Origin: an uncultured Actinomycetes bacterium
GTDB lineage: Bacteria; Actinomycetota; UBA4738; HRBIN12
DNA: 64,000 nt
Assembly (NCBI GenBank): GCA_963722795.1
Contig: CAVROD010000001.1
Span: 81,684 to 145,683 of the forward strand
Direction of reading: 5' to 3'
Of the stretch, positions 37,322 to 45,964 are shown piece after piece. A program made the position numbers and the translations under genes. Within the stretch, counting starts at the first letter, position 1; the number at the start of each line of letters is the position of its first letter. The notes beneath the pieces are model-generated. The model made no database searches. It was not told the origin of the DNA and saw only the letters and a program-made list of their open reading frames with translations.

Positions 37322-38275
37322 TTACGCCTGCGCCAGCCACCACCGCGCCGCGACGAGCTCGGCGACCAGCACCTCGCCGAGCAGCGCGACGGTCGCGTCG
37401 TCGTCGTGGCGGTAGCGCACCTCGAGGGCGGCCCCATCGACCGCCCCGCCGACGGCGACGACGCGCGCGCCTCGGTCGGCGGCCCACGTCATGATCTGCG
37501 GATCGAACCGGGATCCGGCGAACAGCAGGGCGCGGTAGTCGAGGGGCTTCGTCAGGTAGACGTCGACGTGCAGCCAGTCGCCCGATTCGCACGCGTCGGC
37601 GAGCCGTCGTGGGCCCTCGCGCAGCATCAGCGCGGCCTGCTCGGCCGACGACAACCGCTCGGCGGGTGCGATCGCGAACGTGGCCGCGCCCTCGCCCAGC
37701 ATGTCCGCCACCGGGGGCAGCCACTCGTCGCGGCGGCTCAGCAGGTCCTCGCTCGCCTCCGCCGCCCGGCGCACCGCGCCGGCGACGCCCTCGACGCCGG
37801 TCCGCGTCGCCGATGCCTCGAGCGCGAGCAGCAGCGCGAGCGTGTGACGGAATGAGCGGCACGCCACGCCGCCCTCCTCGTCGCCGGCGAGCATCGGCAC
37901 GACGGCGTCGGCGGCCCGCTCGATCGCCGACCCCGACCGGTTCGTGAGCGCCACGGTGCGACTCGAGCCGCGGTGACGGGCGAGCGCCTCGATGGTCTCC
38001 TCGGTACCCCCGCTCGCGGAGATGCCCACCGCCAGCGCGCCCGGCCCAGGCGGCGTGCCGGTTTCGAGCGATGCGTGCTCGGCGACGGCATCGAGGCCGC
38101 TCGCGCGCAGACGGGTGGCCGCGACGCCCGCTGCGAAGCGCGACGAGCCCATGCCGAGCATCACGATGCGCTCGCCGGCAGCCGGCCACGGGTCGCCATC
38201 GTCGAGCGACGCGGCGAGTTCGCGCAAGGCTTCGGGCACCCGCTCGACATCACGCAGGAAGGCGTCGGGCTTCAT
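37322..38275 (-). CDS. SIS-domain sugar-phosphate isomerase/aminotransferase-like protein
   Basis: ATG 38275 (MKPDAFLRDVERVPEAL) overlaps the upstream stop (ATGA). SIS motifs IVMLGMGSSRFAA and AVGISASGGTEET. Confidence 0.75.
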   Translation of the reverse strand: MKPDAFLRDVERVPEALRELAASLDDGDPWPAAGERIVMLGMGSSRFAAGVAATRLRASGLDAVAEHASLETGTPPGPGALAVGISASGGTEETIEALARHRGSSRTVALTNRSGSAIERAADAVVPMLAGDEEGGVACRSFRHTLALLLALEASATRTGVEGVAGAVRRAAEASEDLLSRRDEWLPPVADMLGEGAATFAIAPAERLSSAEQAALMLREGPRRLADACESGDWLHVDVYLTKPLDYRALLFAGSRFDPQIMTWAADRGARVVAVGGAVDGAALEVRYRHDDDATVALLGEVLVAELVAARWWLAQA

Positions 38276-39636
38276 CGCTCCTCCTTCGGGAACATCGCGC
38301 GCATCGCGAGGTCGGGAACGTACCTCCAACGGGGCAGGAATCGGGCCGCGTACACGTACTCGTGACACTCTTGCGCCACCTCGAGGGGCCGCAGGAGCCG
38401 TTCCTCGAACAGGTCGGCGTGCCCGGCGGCCTCGAGCTCGCCGACGTAGGCGCCGAGGAACGCGGATCGGCTCGCGGCGATCCACCGCTCGATCGCATCG
38501 TCGTGGTCGGGTCGTCGCGTCGACGCGACCCGGCCGAGGTGGTCGATCGAGCGCACCAACGCGGCCACGTCGCGCACCGGCGTGTCGCGGGCTCCTCGCT
38601 CGCTCGGCGTCGCGGTCGGATCGCCGTCGAAGTCGGTCACTGCGTACCCGCGCGCCCACTCCAGCACCTGCCCCACGTGGAAGTCGCCGTGCACGTGGGT
38701 CATGACCGCCCCGCGGGCCGTGCCGAGCACGTCGAGCTCCCGTCGGATCTCGTCGATGCGCGCGGCGAGCCGTGCGCCTTCCCGGCCGTCGGTGCAGGCC
38801 AGTGCCTCGTCGGCGACGGCGAGCGCGGCACGGCGCCATCCGGCGGCGTGGTCGTCGCCCGCCCGCGTGACGGGCTCGGGCACGACGAGCGAGGCGGTCG
38901 CGAAGGCTGCGTGCATGCGCGCGGTGATGCCGCCGATCTCGCTCGCAGGCTCGAACGCGGCGGCATCGCCGACGGCGCCGTCGAGCCAGCCGAGCACCAG
39001 GTCGAGATACCACCCCCATCCGTCGCGGGCGCCGGGCAGGAACGCCGAGGCCGTCGCGAGCAGCACCTCCTCGCCGGCAGGCGAGGTCCACCAGAGGGCG
39101 CCGAGCGGGGCGGGCAACGCGGTGAAGCCGGCGGCGTGCAGGTGCACCGGCAGGTCGACGCCGGGCCGCGGGCCGCCAGACACCAGGGGGAACAGCTTCA
39201 CGACGGCCTCGTCACCGACGTTCACCGAGTCGTTGGACTGGTCGACGTCGATCGCGCTCTCGGGGCCGGTCGCGGGATCGGTCTCGGACGGGTCGCCGTG
39301 ACGGTCGTCGAACGCTCTCGCTCGGAACGCTCCCTCGACGTATCCCCGCCGCATCGCACGCAACGTGGCCGCGACGACGCCGTCACCGGGCGCGGCGCGT
39401 CGCGGCGGGGTTCCCGGCGCGACCGGCACGACGAGGTACCCGCGCTCGATGCCTGCGACGACCAGCGCCCCGCCGTCGTCGAACGTGAGCATGTCGAGCG
39501 GCTCGGCCGGTCGCCCGCCGGAAGCGGCATCGGCGCGGCGCGCGGGCAGCAGGTCGCGCCTGGGCGCGGAGTGCACCCAGGCCTCGACGTCGCGGTCGAA
39601 GTCGGACACTGGCGAGAGCCTAGCGTCGAGGCCCAT
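38272..39636 (-). CDS. maltokinase / actinobacterial glucosamine-kinase-like phosphotransferase
   Basis: Motifs HVHGDFHVGQVLEW, VTDFDGDPT and RDVAALVRSIDH, typical of Mak/Pep2-like kinases. The start at ATG 39636 is chosen from the ORF 38272..39762 and is uncertain. Confidence 0.6.
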   Translation of the reverse strand: MGLDARLSPVSDFDRDVEAWVHSAPRRDLLPARRADAASGGRPAEPLDMLTFDDGGALVVAGIERGYLVVPVAPGTPPRRAAPGDGVVAATLRAMRRGYVEGAFRARAFDDRHGDPSETDPATGPESAIDVDQSNDSVNVGDEAVVKLFPLVSGGPRPGVDLPVHLHAAGFTALPAPLGALWWTSPAGEEVLLATASAFLPGARDGWGWYLDLVLGWLDGAVGDAAAFEPASEIGGITARMHAAFATASLVVPEPVTRAGDDHAAGWRRAALAVADEALACTDGREGARLAARIDEIRRELDVLGTARGAVMTHVHGDFHVGQVLEWARGYAVTDFDGDPTATPSERGARDTPVRDVAALVRSIDHLGRVASTRRPDHDDAIERWIAASRSAFLGAYVGELEAAGHADLFEERLLRPLEVAQECHEYVYAARFLPRWRYVPDLAMRAMFPKEER

Positions 39637-39710
39637 CTCCGGCAGGACGCGCGACGATGCCGGCCAGCACCTAGGATGGCGCCGGCCGAAGGTCGCCCAC
39701 CGCGGAGAGG

Positions 39711-41285
39711 ATGTCCGTGTCTCGTTCCACCCACCGTCGTGTCCGTCGTGGCGCCGCTCCATGGCTCGCCGCGATCGCCCTCGCCGCTTCCCTGGTGCCG
39801 TCGTCGGTAGCAGCCTCGGGCCCGGCCGAGGTCGCGAGACCGGGCCTGCCCCCGGCGACCCCCGAGCTCATCGATCGCGACGTGCGTCGGGGCGCGATCA
39901 CGCCGGCCCAGGGCGCCTTGTTCCTGACGTGGGCGCTCACCGCGCCCGCACGGCTGCCCGAGGCCTACGTGAGCGACACACCGTGGTCGGGCACGCTGCC
40001 GTTGCTGCGGCTCCGTGAGCGGCTGCCGGCGCTCGGCGACGCTCCGGCCGCCCTGGCGGCTCGCGCCGCCCTGCGAGGCACCACGTTCTCGTGCCCGGGC
40101 ACCAGCGGGTCGCTCCCCAACGTGCGGTCGACGAAGCACTTCTACCTGCAGTTCAAGGCGACGGCCATGCGATCGCTCTCGATCCGCCAGTACGCGAGCG
40201 CGCTCGAGACGGCGTGGGCCACCGAGATCGGATCGTTCAAGTGGGCCAAGCCGCCGCGCGATCCGTTCCGCGCTCCGCCCGGCGGACGGTATCCGGTGCG
40301 CGTCGAGAACCTCGGCTCGGGCCTGTACGGCTACGTCACCGGCACCGCCTTCGCCGGCAACAACCCGTCGACCTCCTGGAACGACCGGGACGCGGTGGCG
40401 AGCTGCATGGTGTTGAACCGCGACTTCGGCCCCTTCCCCGGCACCCCGCTCGATGCCCTGCGGGCGACCGCGGCCCATGAGTTCAACCACTCGATCCAGT
40501 TCGGCTACGGGGCGCTCACCGGCTTCGGCAAGGTGACCGACGTCATGTTCGAGGGGCTCGCGACCTGGATGGAGGACGAGGTGTTCGACTCCTCCGACGA
40601 CAGCTACAACTACCTGTGGCCGGAGTTCACGCTTCCCATGGGCCGCTACCGGGAATCGCCGTACCCCTACTGGGTGGTCTTCCGTGCCATGACCGAACGC
40701 TTCGGCTCCGGACGTCGGGGCGGCGGCGAGGCGGTGGTCCAGGTCTTCTGGGAGCAGATCAGCAAGGGTTCGACAACGAACCTCGCGGCGCTCGCGAAGG
40801 GATTCAAGGCCAAACGCAGCAGGCTCTCCGACGCGTACCACAACGCGTCGATCGCCCTGCGGTTCCTGGTCGACTGCTCGGCGACCGCCCGGCGGTTCTG
40901 CCTCGAGGAGGGGCCGGCATACGCGGCCGCGGCCGGCGGCACCGGCGACCACGCGAACCTCGACGCGGCGCCCGACTCGCTGTCGCGATCCATCCCGAAC
41001 GACTTCGCGCTCAACTGGATCGGTCTGCCGACCGCCGGGGGTCTCGACGTGACTGTCACCCACGACGGGGGCCAGGGCACGCTGCGCGTGAGCATCGCGT
41101 GCCGCATCGGCGACGCGGTGACGGTGACGGCGGTCGGCACCGCGACGAGCAGCGCCGACGCGTCCCGGCCCGGCGTCGACCTGTCGGCGTGCGACGAGGC
41201 GAGCGCGGTGATCTCCAACGTGAAGCTGACCGACCCGACGCCCGGATCGATCACCCGGACCGACTACACGATCGCGATCGCGTAG
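39711..41285 (+). CDS. secreted protein with an HExxH motif (putative zinc metalloprotease, family unassigned)
   Basis: 524-aa ORF. Arg-rich signal peptide (HRRVRRGAAPWLAAIALAASLVPSSVAASG). Single HExxH motif in ATAAHEFNHSIQFGYG. Confidence 0.5.
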   Translation: MSVSRSTHRRVRRGAAPWLAAIALAASLVPSSVAASGPAEVARPGLPPATPELIDRDVRRGAITPAQGALFLTWALTAPARLPEAYVSDTPWSGTLPLLRLRERLPALGDAPAALAARAALRGTTFSCPGTSGSLPNVRSTKHFYLQFKATAMRSLSIRQYASALETAWATEIGSFKWAKPPRDPFRAPPGGRYPVRVENLGSGLYGYVTGTAFAGNNPSTSWNDRDAVASCMVLNRDFGPFPGTPLDALRATAAHEFNHSIQFGYGALTGFGKVTDVMFEGLATWMEDEVFDSSDDSYNYLWPEFTLPMGRYRESPYPYWVVFRAMTERFGSGRRGGGEAVVQVFWEQISKGSTTNLAALAKGFKAKRSRLSDAYHNASIALRFLVDCSATARRFCLEEGPAYAAAAGGTGDHANLDAAPDSLSRSIPNDFALNWIGLPTAGGLDVTVTHDGGQGTLRVSIACRIGDAVTVTAVGTATSSADASRPGVDLSACDEASAVISNVKLTDPTPGSITRTDYTIAIA

Positions 41286-41304
41286 CGGGGCCGCGCCGGG
41301 CGGC

Positions 41305-42270
41305 TCAGGCCTGGCCGATGGGGTCGCTCGAGAGGTCGCCGCGCACCGGACCGAGGGGCTCGCCGAGCTTCGAGGCCACCCGGTCGAGACGGGCGATGTA
41401 GGCGTAGATCTCCTCGCGCAGGCGCTTGGCGTGATCGCTCAGCCCCTGCAGGTCGGCGAGCTTCCAGTGCTTGTCGAGGATCGGGCGCAGCACCTGGTCG
41501 TGGTGGATGCGCAGGTTGTAGATGCCGGCCTGCGCCATCGCCTTCGCCTTCTCCCGGAAGCCGGGGATGCCCGCGCCGGGCATCGCGAAGTTCGTGATCT
41601 GCCGGTGCATCGCCTCGACCATGGCGCTCGGGTCGAGCTCGATCGCGTTGACCGCCATGTCGCGATAGAAGACGTAGTGCAGGTTCTCGTCGGTCGCGAC
41701 CCGCGAGCAGAGCTTCTCCGCGGTCTCGTCGTCGGTGATCGCGCCGGTGTTGCGGTGCGAGATGCGGGTGGCGAGCTCCTGGATCGTGGTGAAGACCACG
41801 CCGTCGAGCGGCCCCTGCTCGGAGAACTCCGGATACCAACCGCGCAGCATCTGATCCATGCGCCCCCGCTCGAGCAGCGTCGGGTCGACGCCTCGAGTCA
41901 CCGTGAGGTAGTCGCGGATCACGATGGCGTGGCGGCCCTCCTCGGCGGTCCACCGCCGAACCCACTCCCCCCACGCTTCCTCGTCGCCGAAGGTTCGCCA
42001 CAGGGCGAGGTGGTAGTAGGGAAGGTTGTCCTCGGTGAGCAGGTTCACCTCGAGCGCCGTCTGCGCGACGTCGGGCAGGCGCGAGTCGGCGGGCTGCCAC
42101 GGCTCCTTCACGAAGTTCCGGCCCTCTTCGTACGGCACGTAGTCGTGCGGCATCCACTCCGAGGTCGTCGACACGTGCCGGTCGAGCGCCGACCCGACCT
42201 GGGGCATGAGCTCATGCAGGATGGCTTCGCTCGACAGGCGCGCCGCGCCCGAAGTGTTGGGTGGGGTCAT
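41305..42270 (-). CDS. acyl-ACP desaturase (soluble di-iron, DesA type)
   Basis: 321-aa ORF. Motifs NLLTEDNLPYYH, WTAEEGRHAIVIRDYL, ELATRISHRNT and DENLHYVFY. Confidence 0.9.
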   Translation of the reverse strand: MTPPNTSGAARLSSEAILHELMPQVGSALDRHVSTTSEWMPHDYVPYEEGRNFVKEPWQPADSRLPDVAQTALEVNLLTEDNLPYYHLALWRTFGDEEAWGEWVRRWTAEEGRHAIVIRDYLTVTRGVDPTLLERGRMDQMLRGWYPEFSEQGPLDGVVFTTIQELATRISHRNTGAITDDETAEKLCSRVATDENLHYVFYRDMAVNAIELDPSAMVEAMHRQITNFAMPGAGIPGFREKAKAMAQAGIYNLRIHHDQVLRPILDKHWKLADLQGLSDHAKRLREEIYAYIARLDRVASKLGEPLGPVRGDLSSDPIGQA

Positions 42271-42522
42271 GTGCTCGCTCCTCGTATCGGTTCCGGGCCG
42301 CGCCGCCTCGGTTGCATGGGTTCAGTGCCGGAACCTGTGCAGGGGCTCTGCCACGCTGGCTCCGCCGCCCGTGGTCCGGGTCGCGGAGTCCCTCCAGGGT
42401 ACCGCGTGGCAGAGATCGCTCGCGCGACGCCATCCGAACGGGTGTGTCACGCGAAGGGGTGGGTAGGAAGGGGCCGTCGGGGCTGCGACGGTCGTCGAGG
42501 CACGACACGACGGGAGTCATCG

Positions 42523-43830
42523 ATGAGGATCGCGGTGGTCGGCAGCGGCATCTCGGGCCTGGGCGCAGCCTGGGCCTTGGCTCGCCGACACCAGGTCACG
42601 GTGTACGAGGCCGACGCGCGCCTGGGTGGGCACGCGAACACGGCCGAGATCGACGATGCCGGGTCGGACGGTGCCTGTCGACACCGGCTTCATCGTCTAC
42701 AACGAGCGGAACTACCCGAACCTCGTGCGCCTGTTCGACGTCGCTCGGCGTCGACGACCGCCCCGAGCGACATGTCGTTCTCGGCGTCGCTGGACGGCGG
42801 AGCGTTCGAGTACCGCGCGCGAGCCCTCGGCCTGCTGGCCCAGCCCTCGAACCTGCTGCGACCTTCCTACCGTCGCATGGTGCGCGACATCGTGCGGTTC
42901 AGCCGTGAGGCCAAGGCGCTCGTGGGCAGCGACCCCGTCCGGTCGACCGGTTCGTGGCTCGCCGACGCCGGCTACTCCGGCGCCTTCCGCGACCGCTTCC
43001 TGCTGCCGATGGTCGCCTGCATCTGGTCGTCGAACCTCGACGACATGCTCTCCTATCCGGCGGCGACGATGGCCGGCTTCCTCGACAACCACGGCCTGCT
43101 CGACCTGGGCGACCGCCCGCAGTGGCGAACGGTGCGCGGCGGCAGCCGGGAGTACGTGCGCCGGCTCGCGGCCGGGCTCGACGATGTGCGCCTCGCGACG
43201 CCGGTCACGTCGGTCACGCGGGAGCCCGGATGCGTGGTGGTCGGCGACGCCACCGGGGGTCGTGAGCGCTTCGATCACGTGGTCCTCGCCACCCACGCCG
43301 ACACGTCGCTCGGCATGCTCGGACCCGATGCGATCCGGCGAGGAACGACGGTTCCTCGGCGCGTTCCGCTACCAGCGGAACGTGGCCGTGCTGCATCACG
43401 ATGCCGCGCTCATGCCGCCGCCGGCGGCGGGCCTGGTCGAGCTGGAACTACCTGGCCCGCGATGCGATCTGCGGGGGACGCGCAGGGTGTGTCGCTCACC
43501 TACTGGATGAACCTGCTGCAGAACCTCTCGACACCGAGCGGCCTGTGTTCGTGACGCTGAACCCGATCGAGGAGCCCCGCGAGCAGGTCGCCTCGTTCCT
43601 CTACCACCACCCGCAGTACGACCGCGCGGCCGTTGAGGCGCAGGCGTGCGCTGCCCTCGGTGCAGGGCGCGCAGCGCACCTGGTTCTGTGGCAGCTACTG
43701 CGGCTACGGCTTCCACGAGGACGGCCTTCGGTCGGGGCTCGAGGTCGCGGCCAGCCTGGGCGCCGCGGCGCCGTGGGCGGGCGCGACCAGCGTCGGCGTC
43801 GCCGACCCGAGTGCGGTGGTCGCCGCGTGA
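42523..43830 (+). pseudogene. NAD(P)/FAD-dependent oxidoreductase (amine-oxidase-like, first gene of the DUF1365-cfa operon); at least 8 frame switches as sequenced
   Basis: MRIAVVGSGISGLGAAWAL..YEADARLGGHANT, VDTGFIVYNERNYPNLVRLF, WRTVRGGSREYV, FRYQRNVAVLHHD, SWNYLA, LTYWMNLLQ, FVTLNP, WFCGSYCGYGFHEDGL. These segments are spread over three frames. Confidence 0.8.
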
Positions 43831-44675
43831 CGACGACCCGCAGCGGACTGTTCGTGGGTCGTGTGATGCACGAGCGCTCGTTCCCCCGGCGCCACCGGCT
43901 CTCCTACGGCGTCTGGTACCTGCTCGCCGACCTGGACGAGCTGCCGCGCCTCGATCGCTCGGTGCCCGGGTTCGGCGTGAACCGGGCGGCGCCGGTGAGC
44001 TTCCACGACGCCGATCACGGCCCCCGCGACGGCTCGCCGCTGCGCCCGTGGATCGAGAGCCGACTGGCGGACGCGGGCGTCGATCTCGAGGCAGGCGCGG
44101 TGCGCATCCTCACCTTCCCGCGCGTCTTCGGCTACGTCTTCAACCCGATCTCGGTCTGGTTCTGCCACGGTCCCCACGACGATCTGCGCGCGATCCTCTA
44201 CGAGGTGTCGAACACGTTCGGCGAATGGCACGACTACCTGGTGCCCGTTCGCCCGGGCGACGAGGTCGGCAACGCGAGGGGACGGCACGTGCGCACCGTC
44301 TTCGACAAGGAGCTGTTCGTCTCTCCGTTCATCGACATGGCCGCGACGTACGACTTCACGACGCGCGTGCCCGACGAGCGGGCCTCGGTCGTGGTGCGGG
44401 AGACCGCGGCCGGCGGCCGGGTGCTGGTGGCCACGCTCGGCGCACGCCGCCGGCCGCTCACCGGGCGCACCCTCGCATCGGTGCTGCTGCGCCACCCGCT
44501 CGTCACCATGAAGGTGGTCGGCGGCATCCACTGGGAAGCCCTGAAGCTCTGGCGCAAGGGGGCGCCCTACCGGCGACGCGGGGCGCCGCCCGCCTCACCC
44601 CTCACCATCGTGGACGGGGCGAACGGGCGCCCGCCTTCCGGCGTGGCCGCGGCGCGGGGTACGCTCGCGCGATGA
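43827..44675 (+). CDS. DUF1365 domain protein
   Basis: GTG 43827 overlaps the upstream TGA. Motifs GLFVGRVMHERSFPRRHRLSYGVWYLLADLDEL and LTFPRVFGYVFNPISVWFC. Confidence 0.8.
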   Translation: MTTTRSGLFVGRVMHERSFPRRHRLSYGVWYLLADLDELPRLDRSVPGFGVNRAAPVSFHDADHGPRDGSPLRPWIESRLADAGVDLEAGAVRILTFPRVFGYVFNPISVWFCHGPHDDLRAILYEVSNTFGEWHDYLVPVRPGDEVGNARGRHVRTVFDKELFVSPFIDMAATYDFTTRVPDERASVVVRETAAGGRVLVATLGARRRPLTGRTLASVLLRHPLVTMKVVGGIHWEALKLWRKGAPYRRRGAPPASPLTIVDGANGRPPSGVAAARGTLAR

Positions 44676-45862
44676 GCGTGCTCGCGGGCGCCACCGAACG
44701 GCGCATCCTCGACATCGTGGGCCGGCGCATCCGTGCCGGACGCCTCGCGGTCACGCTGCCCGACGGCACCGCGCGCACCTTCGAGGGCCGGCACGCCGGC
44801 CCCACGGCCGAGGTCACGCTGCACCGGTGGCGACCCCTGCGGCTCGTCACCACGACCGGCGCGATCGGGCTGGCCGACGCCTACGTGCGTGGCGACTACG
44901 AGGCCGACGACCTCGAGGCGTTCCTCGAGCTGTGCGCGATGCACCTGGAACCGGCCTACCGCGAGCCCGTCCCGACGTGGCTGCATCACGTCGGACGCAT
45001 GGCGTGGCGGGTGTTCGGGAGCCCCGGCCGCACCCGGGGTCCACTCGGCGATATCGTGCAGCACTACGACCTCGGCAACGACTTCTACGCGGCGTGGCTG
45101 GACGAATCGATGACCTACTCGTCGGCCATCTTCGCCCACGCCGGCGAATCGCTGGCCGAGGCCCAGCGCGCGAAGTACTCGCGCCTGGCCGAGCGTGCAG
45201 GCGTGCGCGCCGGCGACGAGGTACTCGAGATCGGGTCGGGCTGGGGCGGCTTCGCAGTCTTCCTGGCCGGCGAGATGGGCTGCACCGTGCGCACGGTGAC
45301 GGTCTCCAAGGAACAGCACGACTACGTGGAGAAGCTCGTCGTCGAGCACGGTCTGGTCGGCCGGGTCGACGCGCGCCTGCAGGACTTCCGCACGGTCGAG
45401 GGGTCGTTCGACCGCATCGTGTCGGTGGAGATGATGGAGTCGATCCCGCAGCGTCTGTGGGATCCGTACTTCCGGCAACTGCGGCAGCGGCTGCGCCCGC
45501 ACGGCACCGTCGGGCTCCAACTCATCGTGGTCGCCGACCACCACTGGCGTGACTCCGACGAGCACCCCGACTTCGTGCGGCGGTACATCTTCCCGGGGGG
45601 ACAGGTACCCGCGCCTTCGGTCCTGCGTGCGCTCGCCGAGCGCCACGGCCTCAACTGGCGTGAGGACGCCGGGTTCGGCTCGTCGTACGCGCGCACGCTC
45701 GCGCACTGGCTCGATCGGTTCGACGCCGCCTGGCCTCGCATCGCCGACATGGGCTTCGACGAGCGGTTCCGGCGCATGTGGCGGTACTACCTCGCCTACT
45801 GTGGCGCGGGCTTCGCGAGCGCGCGCACCGATGTGCGCCAGATCGTGCTCGACCCCCTCTGA
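44672..45862 (+). CDS. cfa: cyclopropane-fatty-acyl-phospholipid synthase family methyltransferase
   Basis: ATG 44672 overlaps the upstream TGA. Motifs HYDLGNDFYAAWLDESMTYSSAIF, VLEIGSGWGGFA, SVEMMESI and RMWRYYLAYCGAGF. Confidence 0.9.
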   Translation: MSVLAGATERRILDIVGRRIRAGRLAVTLPDGTARTFEGRHAGPTAEVTLHRWRPLRLVTTTGAIGLADAYVRGDYEADDLEAFLELCAMHLEPAYREPVPTWLHHVGRMAWRVFGSPGRTRGPLGDIVQHYDLGNDFYAAWLDESMTYSSAIFAHAGESLAEAQRAKYSRLAERAGVRAGDEVLEIGSGWGGFAVFLAGEMGCTVRTVTVSKEQHDYVEKLVVEHGLVGRVDARLQDFRTVEGSFDRIVSVEMMESIPQRLWDPYFRQLRQRLRPHGTVGLQLIVVADHHWRDSDEHPDFVRRYIFPGGQVPAPSVLRALAERHGLNWREDAGFGSSYARTLAHWLDRFDAAWPRIADMGFDERFRRMWRYYLAYCGAGFASARTDVRQIVLDPL

Positions 45863-45964
45863 CCCCACCGGCGATCTCACCGCACGGCGGCCTCGGTCCG
45901 ATGGCCCTGACCCACGGCCGAACGTCGCTTCCCCTGCCGGACAGGTCAAGACCGTGCTCGGCCG

